Source: a virus. From it: 64,000 bases of DNA. Below are positions 17,484-26,899 of the stretch, piece by piece. Each line of letters begins with the position of its first letter. The first letter of the stretch is position 1. The DNA lies in IMG/VR virus record IMGVR_UViG_3300020146_000001; one strand, 5' to 3'. The notes under the pieces were generated by a model that was not told the DNA's origin, ran no database searches, and saw only the letters and a program-made list of their open reading frames with translations. The position numbers and the translations under genes were made by a program.

Positions 17484-18758
17484 TTAGCTGTTCACCGACA
17501 CTTGCGTGTCGCTCGAAGAAATCAACGCGCGCTTAATGAACGCCGAACTCTTCGGGTCCACCAGGCCCATGTTGTAGGCGATGCCGAAGGCCCGCTGCCA
17601 CGAGTCCGAGCCCGTGCCGTGATTGCCCAGAAGCATCCTCCACTCCTGCCCGTCGAGCCTGAAGTCTCCCATCTCCATCTCCTCGAACATCACCAGAGCG
17701 TCCTTAGCCACAAGGTAGGCACGGTCCTCGTCCATGTCGGCGTCGAGAATGAACGTGGTGTCGCCGTCTTGATACCTTCTGGCAATGCCCGTGGTCGTGT
17801 CCGTACCCTGCGTCGTCAAATTCCAGCCCTGCCGCTTGAGAAGGGCGTAGAAGTTGAACGTGCAGAAGCACAGCAGGCCGTTCTCCGCGCCCTGCTCGTT
17901 GGCCCTGGTCTGCAAGGCCACCTTCGCCCGGTCGAACGTCACGGGGGTCGCCAGCGTGCCGTTCAAGTCCACGCCCGGACTGTTGAGGTTGGTGTCGTTC
18001 GCCGTGTTGAGCGTTTGCAGGATGCGTGAGGCGTTGGAAATCAGATGGCCCAATCCGCGGGGCATCCGGTTGTAGGAGTTCGGGTCCGTGATGTAGTCGC
18101 CCGAACTGATGGTTCCAGACAGGAGATAGATCGTGCAGGAACTCGCACCAGGGGTTTCCACGTAGAACGTGCCACGGACAGCACCCGTCGAGGGGTTGAT
18201 GGCGTCGTAGTAGTGACTTTTCATCAACCGGACAGTGCCTTTGGTCTGACCTGGAGTCGTGGCCGCCGCGGTAGTGCCCGTCAAAGTTTGGCCCGTACCC
18301 AGAGTCGAAACCGCCCCGCCCGCTACCGCCAACGTCCCCGAGCCATCACCGTAAATCATGTGATTGATTCGCTTGGTGAACACGTCGTAGTGCAGGTTTA
18401 TCGCCTGGTCCAGGTTCGTAATGTTCTGCTCACTACCACTCTTCAACATGCGAATGGCCGCACCGTCCATAACAATGGGCTGCGCCATGTACGTGGGAAA
18501 CACGTACATCGAACGGCTGGACGGGGGAACGTAAGGGTTAAAGGACGAGTCCGTGGGGACAAAGCCTCCGACGCCGCCGGGCATCTGATACCAGTGGGGC
18601 AGGCGATAGCCCTTCTGCGTGATGGGCTCTGTCCTCGTCGCCTTTTTGATTGCGTTGTAACCGGGACTCTTCATCTCGAAGAGTTTCTTGTCACTCGTCA
18701 GACTCCGCGTCTTCTGAGTCACCCAGTCGGTAAAATTCTCAGCCTGTGCGACTGCCAT
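17484..18758 (-). CDS. Major capsid protein (HK97-fold type)
   Basis: 424 aa, immediately downstream of the scaffold-like gene. Size and composition are typical of coat proteins. Position follows the portal-scaffold-coat order. Confidence 0.75.
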   Translation of the reverse strand: MAVAQAENFTDWVTQKTRSLTSDKKLFEMKSPGYNAIKKATRTEPITQKGYRLPHWYQMPGGVGGFVPTDSSFNPYVPPSSRSMYVFPTYMAQPIVMDGAAIRMLKSGSEQNITNLDQAINLHYDVFTKRINHMIYGDGSGTLAVAGGAVSTLGTGQTLTGTTAAATTPGQTKGTVRLMKSHYYDAINPSTGAVRGTFYVETPGASSCTIYLLSGTISSGDYITDPNSYNRMPRGLGHLISNASRILQTLNTANDTNLNSPGVDLNGTLATPVTFDRAKVALQTRANEQGAENGLLCFCTFNFYALLKRQGWNLTTQGTDTTTGIARRYQDGDTTFILDADMDEDRAYLVAKDALVMFEEMEMGDFRLDGQEWRMLLGNHGTGSDSWQRAFGIAYNMGLVDPKSSAFIKRALISSSDTQVSVNS

Positions 18759-18770
18759 TTACTTATCTCC

Positions 18771-20267
18771 TTACCCCTGCGCCTGATTCGCTGCGTTGAT
18801 CTGTTTCCAGAGGTTGAGGCCATAACCCGGAGCATTGGCCCGCATGGTTGTGCCATCTCCCTCCGGCTCAGTGCCGCCGTTCGGCGTGGGGCGCACAGTG
18901 CTCGCACCCTGAAGTAACTGGTTCTGTCCGTTCGCCCTACTTACAACTTGAGCCCCCAAAGTCTGCGCGTACCTCAAAGCGATAGGCGAGAGCTTTGCCA
19001 GGACAAGTTTCTTCGCGGTCGCGGCCTCGTTCAGAGAATTTCTGGCGCGGGCCTTCTGCCCTACCAGCTCGTAGGCTTTGGCATCACGAAGGTGCTTATC
19101 CGCAAGGTTCAGGGCTTCGTCAAAGTCGCCGCCGAGTTTTATTCCGGCCGCTTCTAATTGACTCTTATTTGCTTCCCTGAAATCGGGGTCACGAAGGGAG
19201 AATAGGAGTGCGCCGATGGCGCTCTTGATTCCCTCGGATTGGGCGGGGTCGGAAGAAAAAGTCACTTTGGACGCGAGGTCGTCCATGATTGAAGCGTAAC
19301 CCTCGCGGAGATGCTGAGAGACGAAAGACTCTTGGGCCTCGTTAACTTGCTGGCGGAACTGCTGAATCTGCGCCTGCTGCTGCTGCTGTTCAGCTTGCTG
19401 GCGCTGTTCCTCCTGGGCCTTGCGGTCGAATCTTTCCTTGTAGGTTTCCAGGTCGAACTTACGAGTGTCCTCATCCCTTTGCAGGAGGTCATTCCTGATT
19501 CCCGCGGGAAGAGACTTGAACGTCTCGTGAAATTCGGCCGGAATCTTCTCTAAGTCTTCCGGGGTCACACTCGCTGCCGGTTGCGCGAGCGCGTCAATGT
19601 TTCGATAGTCGTTCCCCCTACTCGGGTCGTAGCCCCAAGCCCTCATCAGCACGTCGTGGAGACGTTGGTTGCGGAATAAGGGAAGTTTCTGCCCATCCGG
19701 GTACTCGACTTTGCTGTTAAGCGCGTCGAATAGCAGGGTTTCGGTGAAGCCGGGGTTCTCACTTTCCATTCGCTCTATGAAAGGAGCGGTGGTGTAACGC
19801 GGGACGCCGGAGACTTCATCAAATTCGGGCTGCTGTGTTTCGGGGTTGACTACCGGGGTGAAGAGAGAGTTAAAGGCTTCAACGGCGGTCTTGACCACTT
19901 CGGGCTCGCCAATCTCTGACAAACCTTTCAGCGGCTCGAACTGCTGTTGGAGTCTCTGGTTCTCTTCGTTGCGCGCTTCTAAGGCTTTGCGGAGTTGTAA
20001 CAGCGCAGCGGCATACGGCACCTTTTGCTCTACCTGCTGCTGCAATTCTTCGGACGTTGGAATCCCTTTAAGGGGGTCATCGTCCGGCGGGGGAGGTGTC
20101 GCGCCCCCCTGCTCAACTTCACTAGCTTCCGCCCCAGCGGTTACGCCGCCAGCGGTTGGGGACGACTCCTGTGGGCTGACGGACGGAGCAGCCGCCGAAG
20201 TGGACTCTTCGACAATGGCGGCAGGAGTTGCGCCGCCTACGTCCGTTGACTGGGTGGTATCGTCCAT
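18771..20267 (-). CDS. Scaffolding protein
   Basis: 498 aa, acidic and Gln/Glu-rich with long coiled-coil-like stretches (QEEQRQQAEQQQQQAQIQQFRQQ). Lies between portal and capsid. Confidence 0.7.
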   Translation of the reverse strand: MDDTTQSTDVGGATPAAIVEESTSAAAPSVSPQESSPTAGGVTAGAEASEVEQGGATPPPPDDDPLKGIPTSEELQQQVEQKVPYAAALLQLRKALEARNEENQRLQQQFEPLKGLSEIGEPEVVKTAVEAFNSLFTPVVNPETQQPEFDEVSGVPRYTTAPFIERMESENPGFTETLLFDALNSKVEYPDGQKLPLFRNQRLHDVLMRAWGYDPSRGNDYRNIDALAQPAASVTPEDLEKIPAEFHETFKSLPAGIRNDLLQRDEDTRKFDLETYKERFDRKAQEEQRQQAEQQQQQAQIQQFRQQVNEAQESFVSQHLREGYASIMDDLASKVTFSSDPAQSEGIKSAIGALLFSLRDPDFREANKSQLEAAGIKLGGDFDEALNLADKHLRDAKAYELVGQKARARNSLNEAATAKKLVLAKLSPIALRYAQTLGAQVVSRANGQNQLLQGASTVRPTPNGGTEPEGDGTTMRANAPGYGLNLWKQINAANQAQG

Positions 20268-20283
20268 TCAAACTCCAAACACG

Positions 20284-20311
20284 AAAAAGCCCGCCACCGA
20301 AGCAGCAGGGC
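20284..20311 (-). terminator. Intrinsic terminator-like hairpin just upstream of the scaffold gene
   Basis: Plus strand is AAAAA GCCCGC caccgaagca GCaGGGC. On the minus strand the stem is followed by TTTTT. The GGAG RBS of the scaffold gene follows. Confidence 0.45.
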
Positions 20312-20448
20312 GTTTAAGCCTTTGGCTGATTCAATGGCGGGCTGACCTTTAAGGGGTTGTGGCCCTTATTAAATTGTTGGCCCGGACTTTTTCTTTATAC
20401 TCGCGCTCGGTGCTCACACCTTCTAAGCTGGTGACGAGTCTCTGAGGG

Positions 20449-20661
20449 TTACTCAGATTTCAAACCTAACTCTTTATCAATGCCTTCTAGTTCTGACTTC
20501 ATCCCGCGTCTCAGATGAAAGAGTTCGTCGCGGCGAAGTCGCTGCCATTCCTGGCGCATGAATTGGCGAATCGCTTCAGCCAATTCGGGAGGCAGTATAT
20601 CACAATCCCGTTCCGGGGGAGTATTTTTATCACGCTTAATCAATCTAATTGCTTGGCTCAC
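20449..20661 (-). CDS. Small hypothetical protein (70 aa)
   Basis: Overlaps the stop of 20658-21410 by 4 nt. Product is charged and helical. Confidence 0.45.
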   Translation of the reverse strand: MSQAIRLIKRDKNTPPERDCDILPPELAEAIRQFMRQEWQRLRRDELFHLRRGMKSELEGIDKELGLKSE

Positions 20662-21410
20662 CTTGATAAAGCCCCAGGTCGCTCTACAGAGCGCGCAACA
20701 AAAAATTGCCTTATCGCCTCAAGGGATTGGGATTTTAATACTTCCCGTGTGGGGTCTGCTACATGACCAAGTTCCCTAACGTCTGAAGGCTGCTTCTCTA
20801 CGAATGGGTCAATTCCTTGTCTTACATCTGCCCATGACCCGTACCTCTTAGAGCCGTCGCTCGGCCTAAATTCGTAGGTAATAGCAAACGCGGTTAGCCG
20901 CCCATATTTTTCGTACTCCTTCATTGACGGGAAATGCCCAAGAAGGCGAGCAACTCTACGCACATCGGCAAATTTCTGCTCCTTGCCGGAAATAGCCCTT
21001 TCAGTCTTGCGCTGTTTTTGCTTCTTACTCCTACCCTTACCAAAATAGAATTCAAGAACCCTTTTCCATCCAGACGGCTTTCCACAAACCCTTCGGCAAT
21101 AGGTTTCGTGACGAAACTTGCCGACCTTACTGTAATCCTTAATCGTAGGTAATCGCCCACATTCAACGGCTACCCTCTTTATATCCAACTCCAACGCCTT
21201 ATCATCAATTCTTGGAATTACGGTACGACGCTCGTATCTAAGCCCCGCTTTCTTAATCACCATCGGCCAACTGCCGCCGAATCTCTTGGTTACGGTTCGT
21301 GTATCGTGCGACCCGTAATTCCGATATTCAAGCGACGTGGGATAGTGGCCCAACTCCCTCGCCAAGCGTTTTACGTCATTAAGCAAGTCAACTGAGGAAA
21401 CTTTCTTCAT
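20658..21410 (-). CDS. Protein made of three homing-endonuclease-associated repeats (HEAR), with no nuclease domain seen
   Basis: Repeats are LGHYPTSLEYRNYG..TVTKRFGGSWPMVIKKAG, CGRLPTIKDYSKVG...GKPSGWKRVL and LGHFPSMKEYEKYG...KRYGSWADV. Confidence 0.7.
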   Translation of the reverse strand: MKKVSSVDLLNDVKRLARELGHYPTSLEYRNYGSHDTRTVTKRFGGSWPMVIKKAGLRYERRTVIPRIDDKALELDIKRVAVECGRLPTIKDYSKVGKFRHETYCRRVCGKPSGWKRVLEFYFGKGRSKKQKQRKTERAISGKEQKFADVRRVARLLGHFPSMKEYEKYGRLTAFAITYEFRPSDGSKRYGSWADVRQGIDPFVEKQPSDVRELGHVADPTREVLKSQSLEAIRQFFVARSVERPGALSR

Positions 21411-21571
21411 TTCTTACCTGCCTTCTTTCCCCCAGCACGACAAAGCTCAAGGTTCAACTTCTGGCAACGAATCTCAGCGTCCTGCAAATTGTCCGCGTAC
21501 AGTTCCACATAACACCACCTACCGCTGTGGAAATACTTGCCGAGAAATCTATGCTTGCAGTTTAAGCTCAT
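21407..21571 (-). CDS. Small Cys-containing ORF (54 aa) coupled between the portal and HEAR genes
   Basis: Below the track cutoff. ATGA overlap with the portal stop (21568-21571) and ATGA overlap with the start of 20658-21410. Product is MSLNCKHRFLGKYFHSGRWCYVELYADNLQDAEIRCQKLNLELCRAGGKKAGKK. Confidence 0.4.
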   Translation of the reverse strand: MSLNCKHRFLGKYFHSGRWCYVELYADNLQDAEIRCQKLNLELCRAGGKKAGKK

Positions 21572-24225
21572 TTTCGTATTTCCTCCTGCTCCTGCCTCAC
21601 CGCCAAAGCATGTTCACGGTCGGATTGTTTCAGCGCGTTCTGTGTAACCTCGGACTCCTGTTTCATCTGCTCGCGCACGGCATCAAGTTCTAGCTTCTGC
21701 GCCTCGCCCTCTAACTCCTGTTGCTGGCCCATTGCCTGTAATTCGAGTTGCTGTTGTTGCACCCCCAACTGCTCCTGCATCTGCTGGGATTGCATCTCCT
21801 GTTGGGCTTCCATTCCGGGCTGCTGTTGGGCAAGTTGCATCTGCCCTTGTTGCATAGCAATCATCTGCCCCTGCTGACCCGAAAGCTGGTGATGTAAGGC
21901 CACAAGGATTTCAACCGCCTGACGAAGCACGGGAGACGCCTTCAATCCGTTGTCGGAATCAAGCCAGTTCATCAGCCACAGCCTCTTTACTTCATGCCCC
22001 GGCTCCGCAGCACTAATCGGCGGCTGTATTGCCCCCTGCCCCGTAACCACCAACTGTCCCGTGGGCACAGGCTGTCCGCTCATCGGGTCAACCTGAACCT
22101 GCGGCTGAACGCCAACCAACATCATCGGGTCCGCTATGAGATTCGCCGCCTGCTCCATCTGACGTATGCGCCTGAAGCACAAACTTTCGGCCACGTTCCT
22201 CTCATCAGACTCCATCTCCAAATCAAATGCACGTTCAATGTCAGCCACACGCTTGGCATCCATTTGTCTCGCCTGAAGGTAGCCAGCAATCCCGCCCATC
22301 AGTTGAAAGAAACCGAAGTAGGATTGCTGCTTTCGATAACTATTTCTGGGGAGCCACGAATCCTTGACCACCTCATAAACAAGGTCCGTGCAAAGGTCGG
22401 CCTTAACCAGAAACGAGCCTGTGTGCGATGAATGCTTACCGCCTAAAGGGAATTGGCGATCAATCGGGAAATGCTTCGGGTAGAGTTTAATTAAACGCTC
22501 GAATATACCCTGCCGGATTTCACCCTTGACACTCAACGGCGGTGTATAGAGTGCATCCGTCGCGGCCTGAGTGATGTTCGCCCCCGTGGCAGTCTTGTTA
22601 TCCACACCTGGGATGCCGCCCGTGAAGGGTAGAAAGTGACTGGCGAACTGTGCATATTCACCTAAACGGTTGTAGGTGAACTCAAAGAATTGGGCCGGGA
22701 CGCTTCCGGGCTGAAAGGCTGGCCTTACAACCTGGTCAAGCGTCAAGCCTTCGGCCAGGGCTGCCAAAGGAACCGTAATATTTCTTCCCGGCGTAGCGAT
22801 GCTTCTGGTGTCGCCCTCATCAAGAATGCCGGCGGCAACTAACATTGCTGGTGTAGAAGTTGAGCGCAGATACTTATGAATAATGGCGTGGTCAGAGTTT
22901 GCCACTTTCTGAACCTCTGTTAAATCCTGCAAGCCTCTGCCGGCACCAGTGCCCTTCTTGGCGTACCATTTCCCCTGAACAATGTAGTCCCGGTGGTCTT
23001 CTAGGTAGATACCGAGAACGGTGGACATCTCATTGACTCCGAGGACACAGATTGATTGGTTCTTGAGCAAGTCTCCCAACCGGACGCCACTAGGAATCTC
23101 TACGCCGTCAACTGTCTTGGCCGAACGCTGCAACTGAATGTCGCCGTACTCCGAAGGAGACATCCAGAACTCTTCTACCGTCGCCGCTTCCTTGTAGAGC
23201 GTGGGACGCTCAGAGGATGAGCTATAACCCGCCTGCGCCTGGCCGCTGTAAGCCAATCTGTCTGTAATGTCCAATCCTAAATCGTTACCTTCGCCGCCGG
23301 GCAGTTTCACGTTGCCGATTAACTGCCGAATTGCAGACATGGTGGTTCGCCTGCGGATAATCATCCAAGACGATTCGTCAGCATGAACTCTTAAATCCCA
23401 CCGGCAATTTGAGAAAGGAACCAACGACAAGCGGAAGTCGCCAAGCTCGACAGGCTCTTGGCCTACTAATGACGGTAGGGTTCCCATTGCCGGAGGAATG
23501 ACTAACGCCTCGCCGTGGCACTTGGGACAGGTGTAAACCCCTTCGCCGGGAACCTCATTAAACCCCTCGAAAGAATCTTCATTCCCGCAGTCGCCACACT
23601 TGCCCCAGCCCGGACCTACCTTGACTTCACGATTTTCAAAAATCTGCCTGTATGCGGTGACGGTCTTGAGCGTTGGGTCAACACCCAAGCGCCATATGTA
23701 GGAACCAAACGTCAGCCCCTCAAGGCATTCTTCAATCTGTAGCCTCGCTTTGTTGTTGAAGAACCTCTTTTCGTAGTGATTGACAATTATCTTAGCGGCT
23801 TGTGCGGACTCATACGCTTCGTCACTTTCGACGCCTGGGGTAATCAGGATGTCGGGATTGGATGAGAGCCACTTTTCAAGGTTTCCGCTCACATGGTATT
23901 GCATGAGACTGAGCGCACGCCTCTCAGTAGCATTGGCAGAATTAGGATTGACCTTGTAAGGAAGCCAGCCACCCTGCTTAAAAGGGTTCGGCATCAAAAA
24001 CTGATGTCCCGCCAGAAACAACGCTACTTCCTGCCCGGATTTAAGCATCTCTTCACGAGTTGATTTCTCGTGATTGAGGAAGTGTAGGTAACGCTCGCGG
24101 AGGGCATCGGTGAGGGATGTAGACGCATCCTTGTCGCCGGCCCCCACCTTCAGCAAAGGGTCGAGCGGGGCGAAGTTGCTCCCGTTGTGCGTCGGTAGGA
24201 TTTCTAAGGCGGGTGCGCTCATCAA
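21568..24225 (-). CDS. Portal protein with an embedded Zn-ribbon and a Gln-rich C-terminal helical extension
   Basis: 885 aa, the largest head-module gene upstream of the scaffold. Contains CGDCG...(x21)...CPKCHG. The last ~150 aa are Q/E/L-rich coiled coil, as in P22-type portal barrels. Confidence 0.75.
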   Translation of the reverse strand: MMSAPALEILPTHNGSNFAPLDPLLKVGAGDKDASTSLTDALRERYLHFLNHEKSTREEMLKSGQEVALFLAGHQFLMPNPFKQGGWLPYKVNPNSANATERRALSLMQYHVSGNLEKWLSSNPDILITPGVESDEAYESAQAAKIIVNHYEKRFFNNKARLQIEECLEGLTFGSYIWRLGVDPTLKTVTAYRQIFENREVKVGPGWGKCGDCGNEDSFEGFNEVPGEGVYTCPKCHGEALVIPPAMGTLPSLVGQEPVELGDFRLSLVPFSNCRWDLRVHADESSWMIIRRRTTMSAIRQLIGNVKLPGGEGNDLGLDITDRLAYSGQAQAGYSSSSERPTLYKEAATVEEFWMSPSEYGDIQLQRSAKTVDGVEIPSGVRLGDLLKNQSICVLGVNEMSTVLGIYLEDHRDYIVQGKWYAKKGTGAGRGLQDLTEVQKVANSDHAIIHKYLRSTSTPAMLVAAGILDEGDTRSIATPGRNITVPLAALAEGLTLDQVVRPAFQPGSVPAQFFEFTYNRLGEYAQFASHFLPFTGGIPGVDNKTATGANITQAATDALYTPPLSVKGEIRQGIFERLIKLYPKHFPIDRQFPLGGKHSSHTGSFLVKADLCTDLVYEVVKDSWLPRNSYRKQQSYFGFFQLMGGIAGYLQARQMDAKRVADIERAFDLEMESDERNVAESLCFRRIRQMEQAANLIADPMMLVGVQPQVQVDPMSGQPVPTGQLVVTGQGAIQPPISAAEPGHEVKRLWLMNWLDSDNGLKASPVLRQAVEILVALHHQLSGQQGQMIAMQQGQMQLAQQQPGMEAQQEMQSQQMQEQLGVQQQQLELQAMGQQQELEGEAQKLELDAVREQMKQESEVTQNALKQSDREHALAVRQEQEEIRK

Positions 24226-24449
24226 TAACGATAAATGCCTGTGGGCCGAACCTCAACAGACTCTAAGAAGCCATTGGCGTAATAGACATTAGACTTAATA
24301 CCGCGGGTCGGAACAGCTAGAGTGTGGCAAGCAACGCCACACCTTCTACAGCACGGCTCGGTAGAAATGCCGCCGCCTCTCAGGATGTGCCACCTATGGC
24401 CCACGGCCTTGCACGCCAGCTTGCACCAAATCTCCAACAGTTGCTTCAT
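24222..24449 (-). CDS. Small Cys-rich protein (75 aa)
   Basis: Start at MKQLLEIW (TGATG overlap with the upstream stop). Overlaps the portal start by 4 nt. Contains CCRRCG. Confidence 0.45.
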   Translation of the reverse strand: MKQLLEIWCKLACKAVGHRWHILRGGGISTEPCCRRCGVACHTLAVPTRGIKSNVYYANGFLESVEVRPTGIYRY

Positions 24450-24787
24450 CACATCACCCCACTTTGCTGTATCGCCGCTGCAAGTTCCTGCTCGGTCCAA
24501 CCCGTCGCCCTCTTAATCTCTTCTTCGATCTCCTGCTGACTAGCACCTGCTATCCGTCCCGCCTCCCTCAAGGCTTCCGCCTTTGCGTAATCGGTTTCAG
24601 TAGGTTGGGCCACGGGAATAGGTTCAGGCTGTTCAGCCTTCTGCGGAGGGACAGGGATAGTACCCGCCCTCCGCATGAGCATGTTGATACACCAATCTTC
24701 ACGATAGCGATTCGCCGCACGCTCCGCTTCGAGTTGGCGTTCAAGGGTAATCACCCGCTGGCGCAGGTATCTGAGTTCACCGAACAT
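24449..24787 (-). CDS. Hypothetical protein (112 aa)
   Basis: N-terminus is coiled-coil. Overlaps both neighbours by 1 nt. Confidence 0.5.
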   Translation of the reverse strand: MFGELRYLRQRVITLERQLEAERAANRYREDWCINMLMRRAGTIPVPPQKAEQPEPIPVAQPTETDYAKAEALREAGRIAGASQQEIEEEIKRATGWTEQELAAAIQQSGVM

Positions 24788-25101
24788 TAGCCCTCGACAG
24801 AGCCATACGGACGATTGACCGTGTCCACCTCAGTCAACCCGGCGAGGCTCGCTACCGTGGTAGACGTACCGATGTCCGTGGTGTTGATCGTCCCGTCGTC
24901 CACGCCGATGTCTATCATCTGGTTGATGCGGCCCTTCAAAGGCTGCTGGTCGGCGTGCCCACCTCCCGCCGTAATCAGTGCCTTCACACTCGCGGGCGTG
25001 GTGGCCGTGCCGACGTTGGTGGTGGTGAGCCAAGTGAGTTCACCCGCCCTCATAATGGCGTTACCGACCATGCGGGATGCCGGATATGCGTCTGCGTGCA
25101 T
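24787..25101 (-). CDS. Hypothetical Thr/Gly-rich protein (104 aa)
   Basis: Co-oriented, with a GGAG-like RBS (aaaggagaaataagcgATG). Confidence 0.5.
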   Translation of the reverse strand: MHADAYPASRMVGNAIMRAGELTWLTTTNVGTATTPASVKALITAGGGHADQQPLKGRINQMIDIGVDDGTINTTDIGTSTTVASLAGLTEVDTVNRPYGSVEG

Positions 25102-25118
25102 CGCTTATTTCTCCTTTG

Positions 25119-25724
25119 CTATTTGCTTGCCTTCTTGGCCTTCGCCTTAGAAGTCTTTGAAGCACTCGCCTTGCTCCGCTTGCTGGACTTCTCGGCGGCC
25201 TTCCTCTCTTCGGGACTGGGAGCATTACCCGGCGCTTCGGCGGCCAAAGGACGTGCAGCACTCGGCGCACTAGGGCTGTGAGCCTCAGAGGCTTCAACTC
25301 TGGCACCAGCGGCAGCCGCGTTCTCAAGCGCCTTCTCGGGCGTCTGCTTCTCGGGCTCGTCCTGCTGCCCACTTCCCCGACTGGTTTTCTTCACTGATTT
25401 CTCTCCTTCCGCGTCTGCCGACTGTAGGCCAATGTCTGCGGGGTTGATTCCGTCCGTTGAGCGGGCCTGTTGTGAGCCGTCTACTAGGGCGGCATCCACG
25501 TTAGAGCCCGAAGGTTCCGACTTCTCAGACTTCTCGTTCTTGGTCAGACGCCTGACTTCCTCTTCAAAGTCTTCAAGGCCAGCTATGCCGGTGGAACCAC
25601 CCTGACGGGCCACGCCCACCGCGTAATTCAACTTTGCACGGAAAGCAGGGTCGGCGCGGGCGAACTCGGCGTCCCCCGCATCTTTGTTTCTCACCTTGTC
25701 CCAAGCCTTTTCAGCTACGTTCAT
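25119..25724 (-). CDS. Disordered protein with a Lys/Ser/Ala-rich histone-H1-like tail
   Basis: 201 aa with a strong RBS (AAGGAGAAAATGAAATG). The C-terminus is KAAEKSSKRSKASASKTSKAKAKKASK. Confidence 0.55.
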   Translation of the reverse strand: MNVAEKAWDKVRNKDAGDAEFARADPAFRAKLNYAVGVARQGGSTGIAGLEDFEEEVRRLTKNEKSEKSEPSGSNVDAALVDGSQQARSTDGINPADIGLQSADAEGEKSVKKTSRGSGQQDEPEKQTPEKALENAAAAGARVEASEAHSPSAPSAARPLAAEAPGNAPSPEERKAAEKSSKRSKASASKTSKAKAKKASK

Positions 25725-25737
25725 TTCATTTTCTCCT

Positions 25738-25998
25738 TTAGCTAAAGATGAATGATTTAAGGAAGTCCATGTTGGGGGCGTCTGGCTGTTTCTTCTTCTT
25801 GAAAATCAAACCCATCGCTCTCTGCGTACCCATCCCGGCCAATTCACTCAAAGCGCCGTTCTGTGGGTTATCAAGGGGTGCCATCTGCATCTGGGGCATC
25901 ATCATGGGCATAGGTTCAATGTCGGGTCCGGCCGCTTGGGACGGCATTTGATACAAGTCCTGTAAGTGGGAGCGGCGGCGTGGGATGTTGATGTTCAT
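25738..25998 (-). CDS. Hypothetical Met/Pro/Gln-rich protein (86 aa)
   Basis: Start placed at ATG 25998, just after the terminator T tract. No SD sequence. The longer ORF (to 26040) would include the terminator hairpin. Confidence 0.3.
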   Translation of the reverse strand: MNINIPRRRSHLQDLYQMPSQAAGPDIEPMPMMMPQMQMAPLDNPQNGALSELAGMGTQRAMGLIFKKKKQPDAPNMDFLKSFIFS

Positions 25999-26001
25999 GG
26001 C

Positions 26002-26048
26002 AAAAGAAAAACCGCCCCACGATTCCCCGAAGAGAACCATGCGGGCGG
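26002..26048 (-). terminator. Strong intrinsic terminator inside the leftward late array
   Basis: Minus strand reads CCGCCCgCATGGTTC-tcttcggg-GAATCGTGGGGCGG followed by TTTTTCTTTT. By hand pairing this is a ~14-bp stem with one bulge. Confidence 0.6.
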
Positions 26049-26092
26049 TAAAGGTCTAAGCCTTTCTTGGCTCGCTAATAGAATGAAAACAA

Positions 26093-26275
26093 CTAGGCCG
26101 CTTTTAACTCTTGAAGCCTATTAAGGATTTCATGCCCGAGGGCAATCATCGCTTTGGTCTTGCGCTCTAAAACTTCAATCTCAGACTTGGACACATTCCC
26201 CTTATCCGCCGACATTCTATCAGATTCCTGCGGCTGTGGGGTAGTTTTATTCAACTCTTTGCGCTCGTCAGGCAT
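26093..26275 (-). CDS. Small hypothetical protein (60 aa)
   Basis: Start at MPDERKEL, which reduces the overlap with 26268-26528 to 8 nt. No clear SD sequence. Confidence 0.4.
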   Translation of the reverse strand: MPDERKELNKTTPQPQESDRMSADKGNVSKSEIEVLERKTKAMIALGHEILNRLQELKAA

Positions 26276-26528
26276 CAACGTATTCAGCGTCAAGAATGGT
26301 ATCGCCCTCTTCCGCACGCAGGGTAATGGAATGAAGGTCGGAGTTTACCTTTTCGACCGCTTCGGGCTTGAAGCTCACCCAAGCCCCGCCCTCTGGCTTC
26401 CACACATGGAATAGATTATCGCTATATTGGAGCACGCCAATGGAAATCTGCTTTATCCCGCATGACTTCCAATAGACTGAAATCGGGTGTCCCAAAAGTT
26501 CTTGAATTTCTTCTAAACTTGCGCTCAT
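26268..26528 (-). CDS. Hypothetical protein (86 aa)
   Basis: Co-oriented ORF with GGAG upstream (aaggagaggggcgaaggATG). Confidence 0.5.
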   Translation of the reverse strand: MSASLEEIQELLGHPISVYWKSCGIKQISIGVLQYSDNLFHVWKPEGGAWVSFKPEAVEKVNSDLHSITLRAEEGDTILDAEYVDA

Positions 26529-26562
26529 CCTTCGCCCCTCTCCTTCAGTAGCCGCTCAACAA

Positions 26563-26877
26563 CTAATTAGTCTCCCGCTCATAGTCAATTCCCATCAAGA
26601 ATCCAAAGGCTATAGCGAGCACCACGCCCACGGTGATGAGCCATAGATGCCGCATGGATTGAATGAGATGGGTATTCAGGAACAGCCACAGGCAGACAGG
26701 TGATGCCGCGACCGCAACGCCAATAACACCCTTAGCCGGGGTTAGTATCCGCTTCTTCTTGCCCCGCCTTTCGCCTGACGGACTTTCAAAGCGCATCACA
26801 TCGCCGCTCTGTAAGTTCGACGGCAGGCTATCAAGCGTCACTGTCATATCAGTCGCTTTAACGATTCTTGATTTCAT
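26563..26877 (-). CDS. Membrane protein (104 aa, two C-terminal TM helices)
   Basis: Start at MKSRIV, with AAGGAGAAACG upstream. Confidence 0.5.
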   Translation of the reverse strand: MKSRIVKATDMTVTLDSLPSNLQSGDVMRFESPSGERRGKKKRILTPAKGVIGVAVAASPVCLWLFLNTHLIQSMRHLWLITVGVVLAIAFGFLMGIDYERETN

Positions 26878-26899
26878 CGTTTCTCCTTGACGGGCCGCT

